64,000 bases of DNA from Alphaproteobacteria bacterium (GCA_965216755.1 CBDCGL010000011.1:32001-96000), one strand, 5' to 3'. Counted from the first letter of the stretch, positions 1 to 9,674 are shown. Numbers and translations are program-made. Notes: a model not told the origin generated them from the sequence alone.

Positions 1-149
1 CTGCTTCTCGGGGCCATCACGCTATTGCCAGTTGGGTATCGGTTACTTCGTGGACGCCGTCGCCATCAGAGGCACAGCCCGACAGACGAAAACTGATGGC
101 TTCTGATTCTGTACACCAGCGCACGGGTTGCCATTTGTGCACGCGATTG

Positions 150-305
150 TTACCGAAGTCGGTCGCGAAACCCGACATCCTCTGGATTCGGAGAGCGGTC
201 GATAAGACCCCGGCGGACGTAATATCGTGCGCTTTCAACGCTAACCTCAGCCTGTTTCGCGATGAAACGAATTCGCACCTTTTGTCCTCGTGCGCAAATG
301 TCCAT
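150..305 (-). pseudogene. Degenerate MerR-family transcriptional regulator (N-terminal HTH remnant)
   Basis: Translation VRIRFIAKQAEVSVESARYYVRRGLIDRSPNPEDVGFRD resembles the MerR HTH consensus (mrIgelAk.agVsvetiRyYer.GLi); the frame stops at 150 with no intact C-terminal domain; mer-type operator dyad lies immediately upstream. Confidence 0.6.
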
Positions 306-317
306 CTTATTCTGCGT

Positions 318-335
318 CCTGTACCTACGTACGGA
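318..335. promoter_or_regulatory. MerR-type operator dyad (CCTGTAC-ctac-GTACGGA)
   Basis: Resembles the mer operator TCCGTAC-N4-GTACGGA and sits just upstream of the MerR remnant. Confidence 0.55.
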
Positions 336-549
336 ATGAAGTAAAACGCGGGTCATGCAGTCAGGGGCAAGGTCGTGGCGTGTTGTGGACAGACCGATGT
401 GTTTTCAGTTTGTCTGACTGTTGGGGCGTTAGTCCCGTGCGATCCGTAGGGTCAACAGACATGCAAAAGAATCGATCTCGCGGCGTTCTTAATTAGTGTA
501 CAAAATATTACAAATTGTTGTGGAGCGGTTACTTTTCGTTACATGAATT

Positions 550-563
550 TTGATCTAAATCAG
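550..563. promoter_or_regulatory. Possible FNR/FixK-type box TTGAT-CTAA-ATCAG
   Basis: One mismatch to TTGAT-N4-ATCAA, in an AT-rich intergenic stretch. Confidence 0.3.
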
Positions 564-936
564 CGTCGGAATTTGACAGTTGCTTAGAGTCTCAGTTCTT
601 CTGATTGTTTGCAAGGACAGCTTAGAGCATTGGGTGATTTGCCATTTATTCTATTGACGAGGCCTTACCATGCGTTCGCAGGCGATCGGAAAAGATACTG
701 ATAGTGGACTGGGCCACGGCCGATTGATGATGGAGAGCAGAAAGGTCTGCGGCAGGCGAGAGTGCGGTTTCCATGGATCGCGTGAACGCGGCATTGTTGA
801 AGTCTTGATTGAGAGTTGGTTTCCGAGAGAACCCGATTTTGGCGACCTAACAATGTGTCTTACCGGGTCAACGCGTGTGCAAATGGGGTGTCCCCGCGCA
901 TGGGTCGACAAAGTTGCGACGATAGGAGGAAATGCC

Positions 937-1284
937 ATGGTGATAAAAAGCCTGATCTTTTGGGTCGTGACATTGGTTCTCGCGCTATCGTCGTCGGGCG
1001 CGATGGCCGACGGGAATGAGCGTCATCTCGCAATGTTTGGAGACTCCCATATGTGGGGTGAGTGGGGTTGGGGCAGTATGATTTTCAGGCCGGTCATAAT
1101 GGTCCTATATATCGCGTTAATCTTAGGCGCGATCGTTCTTGTCGTGCGCTGGTTCGGCGGCGAGTTGGGAGCGCGATCAGGTGCAAATACGAAAACGGCG
1201 CTCCAGATACTTGAGGAGCGCTTTGCACGTGGCGAAATCGATAAGGGAGAGTACGAGGAGCGGAGGCGCGTTCTGACAAATTGA
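937..1284 (+). CDS. SHOCT-domain membrane protein
   Basis: AGGAGG RBS at 924-929 before ATG 937; signal peptide, HMWGEWGWG, TM helix, C-terminal ALQILEERFARGEIDKGEYEERRRVL (SHOCT). Confidence 0.85.
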   Translation: MVIKSLIFWVVTLVLALSSSGAMADGNERHLAMFGDSHMWGEWGWGSMIFRPVIMVLYIALILGAIVLVVRWFGGELGARSGANTKTALQILEERFARGEIDKGEYEERRRVLTN

Positions 1285-1565
1285 TGTTTTGGCTTCATTC
1301 GAGAGTCGCGTTCTGTTCGGCAACAGGATTGTGTCATCCGGGTTCTCCGTCCAAATGCGCCAACACCTACTAACTACGCACGTGGTTCTACTTTCGGGTC
1401 GTCGGCGAATGCCCAACTGCGCTGGCGTTTGACCACCAACCCCAGAAACGAGAAATATTTGTCACGATCGATTCAATGAGACAGTTGCGCGGCCCACACG
1501 GCAGGCGCGTTCAGCGGAAAATCGCGCACGATCAGATCCCGCAAACGTGTTTTGACAGCCAAAAC

Positions 1566-1658
1566 GCCTATGAGATCAATTCGAGTCCCAACTTCGTCAT
1601 CAACGTAGACATGATCAGTGGTATTTCGTCGCAAGATGAATTGACCAAGTTGATTGAG
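1566..1658 (+). pseudogene. C-terminal remnant of a DsbA/thioredoxin-fold protein
   Basis: AYEINSSPNFVINVDMISGISSQDELTKLIE resembles the DsbA-family tail (GI.sTPtF.InG..i.Ga.s.eel..lI); no CxxC upstream in frame. Confidence 0.45.
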
Positions 1659-1872
1659 GTCGGCCGACATCGAACAGCTGGACACCGTCAGGCTGACTGA
1701 CGAAAACGTGCGCCCCGGAAAAGCCAAAGAAAGGGTTTAACCGGACGAACGAGCAAGCCGCTCAAGCCTTTTCGACTTGGCGCGCAGCGATCTCTGTCAG
1801 AGTCAATCCTCGACACTTTTTGTATGCGGTCCGAGGATCATGGTCCAACCGATCGAAATAAGGGAAACGCGA

Positions 1873-3108
1873 ATGCCAATGCCATCATGCGCCCGTATGG
1901 CCGCCGTTCTATTGGCGGCGGCAATGTGCCTATCAGCAGTGGGAGCACAGGCCGAGACTCACGACCCGCTATATCTTCATCAGATCGGTCAGGTAACGGG
2001 GCTTTCCATCAATCCCGACGAACCCGAAACCTTTCTGATCGCGACCCCTTTTGGCGTTCTTTCGGTCGCGAACGACGGCGTTACCAAACATTTGGCACCC
2101 GATGTCGGAATGTTGACGGAGCTGGTTCGTCATCGCCAGAGACCATCGGTGCTGATGGCGAGCGGCTACCGGTCAAAGGAAAAGAAATTGGGGATCGTGC
2201 AATCGCGCGACGGTGGGCGAACATGGGAGCATTTGGCCGATGGAGCGGGGGGACCGGTTGCTTTCCGCGCTATAGCTCTGAGTCACGGCAACCCAACCAT
2301 CGTTTACGGTTTTGGCGATAATCTTCAGGTCAGCGAAGACGGCGGGCTGAGTTGGTCTATCGCCCACGACGCACCCGGTCAGGTTTTCGACTTGGCTGTT
2401 TCCACCAGATCATCGGGCACCCTATTTCTGGCTACCATGGACGGGTTGTTGCTGAGCGAAGACAGCGGCCGAAGTTGGCGCCCGGCCTATCCGGTGAAGC
2501 AACCGGCCACGATGGTGCACGTGACTGGCAATGGTATCGTCCATGCCTTTGTGTACGGCGTTGGGCTCGTGACCTCGCCCGATATCGAGCACCTAAAATG
2601 GGAGATCATCGCCGACGACTTCGGCAACCGCGTATTCTTGGACATGGCCACTGATAGTGGCCGTCCCGATAAGGTGATCGCTGTAGTCGATACCGGTGCT
2701 GTGATGATCAGCCATGACGGCGGTCGACGTTGGCGAAGCTTCGAAGGCCAAAGCCGATGGACGAATTCGCGCATAGCGGCCGGACACGCTCTTTATCAGG
2801 AAAATTGCCAGGCCTGCCACGGTGTTGATGGCGTCGGCGAGAATCCCGACGATCCGATGGCGGTGGACCAAGACGGGTTGCCCTTGGCTCCAGCCCTGGA
2901 CGACAGTGCCCATGCCTGGCATCACAGCGACGCCGACCTTGTTCGCGCCATTCTCGATGGCATCTCCCGAAATCCGCGTATGGCGGCATGGCGTGACCAC
3001 GGTATTTCGCGGGATGAAGCAGAGAGCCTGGTGACCTACATCAAGAGCCTTTGGAGCTTCCAAAGCCTGGCCTGCCAAGGTGCACGACATATGAGCTGCA
3101 TGCATTGA
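1873..3108 (+). CDS. Exported BNR/Asp-box beta-propeller fused to C-terminal class I cytochrome c
   Basis: Signal peptide (AVGAQA); repeated SxDGGxTW motifs (SRDGGRTW, SEDGGLSW, SEDSGRSW, SHDGGRRW); CQACH heme motif; LAPALDDSAHAWHHSD. Confidence 0.85.
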   Translation: MPMPSCARMAAVLLAAAMCLSAVGAQAETHDPLYLHQIGQVTGLSINPDEPETFLIATPFGVLSVANDGVTKHLAPDVGMLTELVRHRQRPSVLMASGYRSKEKKLGIVQSRDGGRTWEHLADGAGGPVAFRAIALSHGNPTIVYGFGDNLQVSEDGGLSWSIAHDAPGQVFDLAVSTRSSGTLFLATMDGLLLSEDSGRSWRPAYPVKQPATMVHVTGNGIVHAFVYGVGLVTSPDIEHLKWEIIADDFGNRVFLDMATDSGRPDKVIAVVDTGAVMISHDGGRRWRSFEGQSRWTNSRIAAGHALYQENCQACHGVDGVGENPDDPMAVDQDGLPLAPALDDSAHAWHHSDADLVRAILDGISRNPRMAAWRDHGISRDEAESLVTYIKSLWSFQSLACQGARHMSCMH

Positions 3109-3130
3109 CCTCGAAAGGCGACAGGAGACT

Positions 3131-3598
3131 ATGCCGAGCGTCAGCCGGTGCGTTCTGATAAGCGGCGCGATGTTGGTGGCGGGCATTGTTGGCTCGCTCA
3201 TGGTCTACGCCTACGGCTCGCGTGAGCCGGAGATCGATCCTGGAGACGAAGCGCTGGTGGCATTGGGAAACAGCGTCTACGACGTATACTGCGTTGATTG
3301 CCACGGCGCTGAGCTTCAAGGCGCGCCGAATTGGGGCGAGCCGTTGCCTGACGGTGGGCTGTTGCCGCCGCCACATGACATGTCCGGCCACACCTGGCAC
3401 CACGCGGACGCGCAGTTACTTGCAATCGTCAAACAGGGTGGCCAATCGGAGGCACCCGCGGATCTTTCGAGCAACATGCCCGCATTCGAGACTATTCTGA
3501 ACGATCAGCAGATCGCTGCAGTCATCGCTTATATCCAGAGCAGCTGGCCCGCTGAGGTTTTTGGCGATCGAAGGCGAAATCTGAACCCCGGCGATTAA
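3131..3598 (+). CDS. c-type cytochrome (monoheme, membrane-anchored/exported)
   Basis: RBS AGGAG; N-terminal hydrophobic helix; CVDCH; PPHDMSGHTWHH; distal MPAF. Confidence 0.9.
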   Translation: MPSVSRCVLISGAMLVAGIVGSLMVYAYGSREPEIDPGDEALVALGNSVYDVYCVDCHGAELQGAPNWGEPLPDGGLLPPPHDMSGHTWHHADAQLLAIVKQGGQSEAPADLSSNMPAFETILNDQQIAAVIAYIQSSWPAEVFGDRRRNLNPGD

Positions 3599-4208
3599 AG
3601 TTTGGAAGGTGCCCCGCGCCGCCGATCAGATCGTTCCTGATCCGATGCCAAGGAGGACACCTTTTCTTGGCACGCTACAAACGGAACTCACCAGCGGTTA
3701 AAATGGGGATTGCGCCCCGTTGTCAGTTTGGTCCGCTGAAAGGAAATTAGATGTGGTGGCGGCGCTAGTCGATACTGAACCGCATCTCGATCTCGGCGTC
3801 CGACTGTCGGTTGTCGTGCAGCCACGATTTCTCTCTTGGCTCAACCTCTCTTCAAACAGGGAGCGGTATACCCGAAGCGCAAAATATCCACGATATGCGG
3901 CGCCATGGCGACTCGAAGCGGCGCGGACCAAAATCGGTGGTCATCAATCGTTTGGAAATCGTCAGCGGAGAGACGTGACGTCCAATGATCTTCGCTAATC
4001 AGGAGTGTCGTGGGCGTGTCGCAAGCCGGTGGGCGAGCGTGGTCTTCAAAACCTACGCCGGATGAATTGTCGGCTGGTGACTTGCCTTCAGACCTGAACT
4101 TCGCACGCCCGAATTGGTCATTATGGACCCCATGCCGCCTTGCACGTGCTCATCTCAGGCCTCCCGTACGCAAATCAACGGCCAAAGCCAATAATACAAA
4201 CATCGGTC

Positions 4209-4237
4209 TTGATGTGGGAAAATTTCCCACATATAAT
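4209..4237 (+). promoter_or_regulatory. Sigma70-like promoter (TTGATG-17-TATAAT) overlapped by 21-bp palindrome ATGTGGGAAA-A-TTTCCCACAT (4212-4232)
   Basis: Read directly: perfect 10-bp inverted arms, perfect -10 hexamer, 17-bp spacing, upstream of CDS 4291. Confidence 0.85.
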
Positions 4238-4290
4238 CTCTGGCGTTCCATCAGCGAGGGAGGTGCGGCCCAGGCCGCTGGCATCGAGAC

Positions 4291-5136
4291 ATGATGACTT
4301 CGAAAGGCCAAATATCGGGAGCACGCGGCAACGGGATCAGCCGACAGTGGATTAGCGCTGCCACGGGTGGGCTAGTCTTGATCGGCCTTCACAGCGCCGC
4401 GCATGCCGACGACTACGTCCAGCTCAGCACCGGCTTTGACTATAGTTCCGGCGACTATGGCGATGTTGCCGACACGGACATCACATCGATTCCGGTGTCG
4501 CTAAAGGTGGTCCACGGTCCCATAACCGGCCGGCTTACTGTGCCCTATCTGCGGATCAAGGGACCGGGCGCGGTGGTCGGTGGCGGCGACACTGGTGGCG
4601 TCGTAACCGGTGTACAAACAGTGCCCGTGACCACGGAGTCGGGCATCGGCGATGTCGTGGCCGGCTTCACCTACACGTTCGACCTTATCGACCAAGATCT
4701 TTTTCTCGATTACATCGATATGACTGCCAAGGTGAAGATTCCGACAGCGGACGAACAGCGCAACCTTGGCACCGGCGAGACGGACTTTTCGATACAGACG
4801 GATGTTTCGAAGTCGTTCGACAAACTGGTCGTCTTCGGAACCCTCGGGTACAAATTTGTCGGCAGCTCACAGAGATTGCCACTCGACGATATCGTTTATC
4901 TCTCCATAGGCGGCGGCTACCAACTGACGCCCACGATCAGCGCCGGCATCGCATACGATTATCGTCAAGCGGCGTCACGAACCGCCGAAGATCCGAGCGA
5001 GATCAGTCCCTATTTCACTGTACGCTTGAACGAATCGTGGCGCTTCCAAGGCTATGCGTATTTCGGTCTGTCCGAGAGTAGTCCGGATGCCGGTGTCGGC
5101 GCGCAACTGAGCTATCGCTTTTATCTTGGGGACTGA
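4291..5136 (+). CDS. Outer-membrane beta-barrel protein (putative transporter, MetA-pathway/phenol-degradation-like)
   Basis: Signal peptide ending AAHA; alternating amphipathic strands; GIGDV and KIPTADE..LGTGETD motifs; near-terminal LSYRF. Confidence 0.8.
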   Translation: MMTSKGQISGARGNGISRQWISAATGGLVLIGLHSAAHADDYVQLSTGFDYSSGDYGDVADTDITSIPVSLKVVHGPITGRLTVPYLRIKGPGAVVGGGDTGGVVTGVQTVPVTTESGIGDVVAGFTYTFDLIDQDLFLDYIDMTAKVKIPTADEQRNLGTGETDFSIQTDVSKSFDKLVVFGTLGYKFVGSSQRLPLDDIVYLSIGGGYQLTPTISAGIAYDYRQAASRTAEDPSEISPYFTVRLNESWRFQGYAYFGLSESSPDAGVGAQLSYRFYLGD

Positions 5137-5315
5137 CCACGTTCGAGGGCTTCGCGTGCGGATGAATCCCGCACCAAGGGAATTGAAGTTTGAACGCCTT
5201 CCGCTTGGGCTGTCTGGTGCTGAGATTCACGACAAACCGGATTGCAGAAAAGTGACTATTGAGACACATGGCTTTACGCTGCCAAGGTCGCGCGTACAAC
5301 GCAAGATCTTATCGA

Positions 5316-7226
5316 ATGGCTAACCTGCCGCGCTGGAAAGTCGTGCTCTATAGCTTGGTGCCGTTGATCGCCGTCGGCATTGTTGCAGAAAGTGTATTGG
5401 CAGTGATTGCCTACGAGCCGATCATCAAGCGAGAAGATCCCTACCTCGGATTTGCCGATGGCGCGCGGCTATTTGTGTTGCGAAATACAGATACCGATGG
5501 GCCTTTCTATGAGACATCGCCCGCCAAAACGCGGTTTTTTAGTCGACAATCTTTCCCGGCAAAAAAGGCGTCCGTCACCCGTCGGGTATTTTGCCTTGGC
5601 GGGTCGACGACTTATGGCCGACCGTACGACTATCGCACGTCGTTTTGCGGCTGGCTGGCCACGTATTTGCGGGACACCGACAAGACACACGACTGGGAGG
5701 TCATAAACGCGGGTGGCATCAGTTATGGGAGCCACCGCGTGGTCGGTGTTCTGCGCGAGTTGGCGCAGTACGAGCCCGATCTCTTCATCATATACAGTGG
5801 CCAGAATGAGTTTTTGGAACGCCGGACATACGCGAACTTGATTTCGCGTCCGCCAACATTGACTCTGGTAGATACGACGCTCAATCACACGCGAATATAT
5901 ACCGCACTCAAAGACGTCGTCCGCTTGGCAGCTGCCGGTATGACGGATGCGGCGGTTTCGTTGGCTGGCGACGAAGTCAATACCTTGCTGGATTCCAGCA
6001 TAGGCCCCGACGCGTATCACCGCGATGATGCGTGGCATGCTGACGTTCTGCGCTTGTTTCGGGAGAATCTGCAAGAAATGCTGGCGATCGCCGCGCGTTC
6101 AGGCGCCTCGGCCATCCTGGTGGCACCGGCCTCCAACCTCGAGGATTGTTCCCCATTCAAGAGCCAGTCAGGTCAATCCTTGACCGACGATGCCTTACGG
6201 TCGTGGCGCGCGGCTTACGACAATGGCCGTGAGCATTTGTTGCGTGGCACCTATGGAAAAGCCGTAATAGCTCTTGAAAAGGCCGTCGCTATCAACCCTC
6301 GTCACGCGGACAGTCAGTTTCGACTGGCGACGGCGTTGCGTGCGAGTGGGCGGCACGCGGAAGCATATGCCGCATTTCGCCGCGCGCGTGACGAAGATGT
6401 CTGTCCGCTGCGCATCTTGTCGTCAATGTCTGCGGTCGTTGCCGAGGTGGCCGATGCCACGAACACACCATTGATCGATTTTGAGGCTCTTGCCGCGAAA
6501 GTCACTCTGGCGCGACGTGGCCAGCTGACCCCAGGACGTGATTTGTTTTTTGATCATGTCCATCCGACCATTGACGGCCATAGATTGCTTGGCGAAGCCT
6601 TATTTGACGTCATGCGGGCCAATTCTTGGATTCCGCGGGACCTAGTGATCACAGATCCGACGAGGGAGCGTGTCGCGGAACGCATATACGCCGCGGTCGA
6701 TCGCGATGCCAACGGCGTTGCCCTGCGTAACCTAGCAAAAGTGCTCAGTTGGGCCGGAAAAGACAAAGAGGCCGCGACCGCGGCAGAAGAAGCGGTCGAT
6801 CATCTCGGTGAAGATCCGGAAAGCCTCTTCATTCTTGGATTCGCGGCTGCTGGCGAAGGGCGCTGGGAAGACTCTGTGCGGCTGTATCAGCGCGCATTAG
6901 CCGTCGATGGCGGATTTGCGAAGGCACATAACAATCTGGCAATCGCTCTTGCCCAATTGGGACTATACGGAGACGCCATCAGCCACTATCAGATCGTACT
7001 GACGCTCGACCCTCAGCACGACAGTGCGCATTACAATCTGGCAAATGCCTATAGCAAAATGGGGCAAGCGGATTTGGCGATTCGACACTATCAAAGCGCG
7101 TTAAGCGCAAATCCGGATGACGTCGACGCGCACTATAACCTCGCTTCGGTACTGGAACGAATTGGCAGGCCGGACGAAGCGCAGCAACACTTCAACGAAG
7201 CTGCGCGGGTCGATCGAAGCGAATAG
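5316..7226 (+). CDS. Membrane-anchored SGNH/GDSL hydrolase-like protein with TPR repeats
   Basis: N-terminal TM; blocks VFCLGGSTTYG, INAGGISYGS, YSGQNEF, FDHVHP; several TPRs (AHNNLAIAL, AHYNLANAY, AHYNLASVL). Confidence 0.85.
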   Translation: MANLPRWKVVLYSLVPLIAVGIVAESVLAVIAYEPIIKREDPYLGFADGARLFVLRNTDTDGPFYETSPAKTRFFSRQSFPAKKASVTRRVFCLGGSTTYGRPYDYRTSFCGWLATYLRDTDKTHDWEVINAGGISYGSHRVVGVLRELAQYEPDLFIIYSGQNEFLERRTYANLISRPPTLTLVDTTLNHTRIYTALKDVVRLAAAGMTDAAVSLAGDEVNTLLDSSIGPDAYHRDDAWHADVLRLFRENLQEMLAIAARSGASAILVAPASNLEDCSPFKSQSGQSLTDDALRSWRAAYDNGREHLLRGTYGKAVIALEKAVAINPRHADSQFRLATALRASGRHAEAYAAFRRARDEDVCPLRILSSMSAVVAEVADATNTPLIDFEALAAKVTLARRGQLTPGRDLFFDHVHPTIDGHRLLGEALFDVMRANSWIPRDLVITDPTRERVAERIYAAVDRDANGVALRNLAKVLSWAGKDKEAATAAEEAVDHLGEDPESLFILGFAAAGEGRWEDSVRLYQRALAVDGGFAKAHNNLAIALAQLGLYGDAISHYQIVLTLDPQHDSAHYNLANAYSKMGQADLAIRHYQSALSANPDDVDAHYNLASVLERIGRPDEAQQHFNEAARVDRSE

Positions 7227-7304
7227 GACGTAGGTCCGAGGCATTTTTGGAGTGGACCGGGTCAACGGCGGCTCGTGCCCGGCCGGTAGTGAGGCGCGCA
7301 AAAT

Positions 7305-8630
7305 CTAGTTTCGGCCAGAGCGCTCCGGTCGTTCTGTCCGCTCAGGGCGCTCCGGTCTTTCAGGGCGTTCGGCGCGTTCCGGTCGCTCAGGGCGCTCAGC
7401 ACGATCGGGACGTTCCGCGCGGTCCGGCCGATTCTCCCTGTCTTGCCGCAAGGATTGACCATCGCCGCGGCCGGACCGATCGTGTGATTCGATGTCACCG
7501 TCGCCGGAGCCGCTGCGGTCGTCATCGCGGTCTGATGGGTCATGGTCGCTGGATCTGTCGCGGCTCTTGTTCCGTAAACGGAAATCATTGTCGCCATCCT
7601 GCCGACGCACGATGATCCGGTCCACGACAACCTCGCCCTGACGGAGCGCACCATCGACGATGACGCGTCGGTCGAGGGCGTCGCCCAGAAGTTCGCCCCC
7701 GATGATTTGTACGTCATCACTAAACCGCAAATCAGTCCCGGCAAGCCGCATCTGTCGGTCCTCGACCCGATTCACATAACCCTCAAGACTTATCGTCCTA
7801 ACGGCATTGCTGAACGGCAGGCCGGGCCGTGCGGCGATTCGCTCGGCGTCAATGCCAGCTCCGGTCCAGTGGCCGATGGCTTCTATACTTGCCCCTTCGG
7901 CGAGCGGGCCAGTGATCGTGGCATCCGCATATCGAACATTCACACCCGCAATCGTGCCATGCGTACCGCCGATTGACGTTGATTCGCCATGCACGACAAC
8001 GGTTTCAGTCGCCACCCGAACATCGATGCGCGTCGCGACGACACCAGATCCTTGTCGGTGGAACCCGCTGACAGCGAGAATCTGACCTGGCGCGAAATCA
8101 GGCTGCGGCTGCCCTGGACGATCTCCAATGAGCGTTTCTCGATCGACCCACACGCGTTGGCCCATGACTTCGATTGTGCCTTCGCCGGCATTCAATCCCG
8201 TTATCGGACCAATCAACGCATGCCGGACGGCGATGCGTTGCGCGACAAGCCGGTTCGAGCCCATTTCGGCTTCGACCACGACGACGTGGCCGCGGCGCAA
8301 GTTTCTGGCAGCCGAAGGAATGCCGTCGACAACCACCGGCGTGTTCGCTTCGTAGTCTATTTTGAACCCATTCACGCAGATGCTGCCGAAGCCAGTTATC
8401 GTGCCGACAATACCGGTACCGCCGAAACCGCGGTCGGATCGAACACCTGTTCCGCCAATTCCTCTGTCATCTTGAATGCCCGTACCACCGATCCCTCGAT
8501 CGCTGGCTGCACACCGATCCGAAGTTTGGGCATGGGCAGCGCCAGACCCCAAGGCCAACAGCACCAATGCGATATTAAAACGCATCGCCGCGTTCAGGTA
8601 CCGCATCACGCTAATATGCGGCATCATCAT
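7305..8630 (-). CDS. DUF5666 domain-containing exported protein with charged (x-E/D-R)n tail
   Basis: Signal peptide; 3x DRG(I/F)GGTG then GTITGFGSICVNG typical of DUF5666 proteins; start overlaps upstream gene end; C-terminal PER/AER repeats. Confidence 0.8.
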   Translation of the reverse strand: MMMPHISVMRYLNAAMRFNIALVLLALGSGAAHAQTSDRCAASDRGIGGTGIQDDRGIGGTGVRSDRGFGGTGIVGTITGFGSICVNGFKIDYEANTPVVVDGIPSAARNLRRGHVVVVEAEMGSNRLVAQRIAVRHALIGPITGLNAGEGTIEVMGQRVWVDRETLIGDRPGQPQPDFAPGQILAVSGFHRQGSGVVATRIDVRVATETVVVHGESTSIGGTHGTIAGVNVRYADATITGPLAEGASIEAIGHWTGAGIDAERIAARPGLPFSNAVRTISLEGYVNRVEDRQMRLAGTDLRFSDDVQIIGGELLGDALDRRVIVDGALRQGEVVVDRIIVRRQDGDNDFRLRNKSRDRSSDHDPSDRDDDRSGSGDGDIESHDRSGRGDGQSLRQDRENRPDRAERPDRAERPERPERAERPERPERPERTERPERSGRN

Positions 8631-9501
8631 TCTCTTCGGTGCCGTCGCCCGCTTCGGCGCTATAGAAGTAAACACCGAGGTTCATGCGCAGATGTGCGCC
8701 ATGTCTGCTTTCGTCACGCTCTGCAAGCGTGTGGGCACGGCGGTTGATCTTTCGGAGCAAGTCCATGGCAAGCTTCTCGGATAGCTGTGTGAGTTCCTGC
8801 ACAGACGCTTCGGTCAAGCCGTCGTAGTAGACGCTGCGTTCGAGAAAGGGTGCCTTGCTACCCTGAAGATTGTCTACGGCAGCTGCAATGTGGTCGCCGA
8901 CATTGCGGCCAAGATAGTGCGTTTTCTCTTCGATCCCCGATGCTGGTATGAATGCGGCTTTTTTCAAATGGACCCGGTCGTTTTTGTCGATCACGGCAAC
9001 ACCCAAACGGACCAGCTCATCAAGCAGTGCGCGCGGGCGCACGTCTTTGGACAATGAGCTGGCCAAAGTGTCGAACGACACCTCGTCTGGAGCGCTTGCC
9101 TGACGAGGTAGCGGCTTTGGTTGACCGTCCCCGTCACAATAGTCAGGCAGCGCCACCCAAAGGGAGACGAGGCGGGCGCCTTGAGAAACCGTCTCCGGCA
9201 CCGGCGCGGACGACCCGTCGTCGCCTCTCAACCGCCGGACATCTTTGCGGTGAACACCCGTTAGGACGCTGATGCGGCTGTCGGTTTGCGGCTTTTCGGG
9301 CAACGCGAAATGGCGATCGGCGACTTGAACGTATGTCGCTTTTAGAATGGCGCTGAGCTGTGGATAGGTTATGCCGTGCTCGATCAAGAGGCGCAGCAGT
9401 GGCCGAAATAACCGTGTGACGGCGGAAAAAATCGCCGACGGCGGTTGCATAGCACCTTGGCTCGTTTCACTTTTGCTGCTTGGTTTGGCCACAACGATCA
9501 T
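8611..9501 (-). CDS. DUF6502 family protein (putative DNA-binding regulator)
   Basis: LFRPLLRLLIEHGITYPQL...KPQTDSRISVLTGVHRKDVRRLR (HTH-like), KDVRPRALLDELVRLG (winged-helix-like), FLERSVYYDGL, RMNLGVYFY; DUF6502 is commonly found next to DUF5666. Start moved to ATG 9501. Confidence 0.8.
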   Translation of the reverse strand: MIVVAKPSSKSETSQGAMQPPSAIFSAVTRLFRPLLRLLIEHGITYPQLSAILKATYVQVADRHFALPEKPQTDSRISVLTGVHRKDVRRLRGDDGSSAPVPETVSQGARLVSLWVALPDYCDGDGQPKPLPRQASAPDEVSFDTLASSLSKDVRPRALLDELVRLGVAVIDKNDRVHLKKAAFIPASGIEEKTHYLGRNVGDHIAAAVDNLQGSKAPFLERSVYYDGLTEASVQELTQLSEKLAMDLLRKINRRAHTLAERDESRHGAHLRMNLGVYFYSAEAGDGTEENDDAAY

Positions 9502-9528
9502 CTCTTTGAAGTTACACAACATCATATC

Positions 9529-9549
9529 ATGTGGGAAAAAATCCCGCAT
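9529..9549. promoter_or_regulatory. Palindrome copy 2 ATGTGGGAAA-A-AATCCCGCAT upstream of DUF6502 gene
   Basis: Dyad extends to ATC...GAT (9526-9552); minus-strand TATGAT (9521-9526) is a plausible -10 for DUF6502. Confidence 0.75.
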
Positions 9550-9590
9550 GATTTAGTCACAATATTGTCGCGCCGACCCTTCTTTTGCCA

Positions 9591-9619
9591 TTGACGTGGG
9601 AAATTTTCCCACATACCCT
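9591..9619 (+). promoter_or_regulatory. Sigma70-like promoter (TTGACG-17-TACCCT) overlapped by palindrome copy 3 ACGTGGGAAA-T-TTTCCCACAT (9594-9614)
   Basis: Same geometry as the 4209-4237 promoter. Confidence 0.8.
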
Positions 9620-9628
9620 CTCAGTAGG

Positions 9629-9649
9629 AAGTGGGAAATCTTCCCACAT
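9629..9649. promoter_or_regulatory. Palindrome copy 4 AAGTGGGAAA-T-CTTCCCACAT
   Basis: Starts 35 bp after the start of copy 3, just past the predicted TSS and upstream of RBS/ATG 9675. Confidence 0.8.
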
Positions 9650-9674
9650 CTCACACCAACGCAAAGAGGTGGTT

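Noticed and set aside
3600-4200. Short ORFs or gene remnant between cytochrome c and the barrel gene
   Set aside because: No frame gave a recognisable family with confidence.
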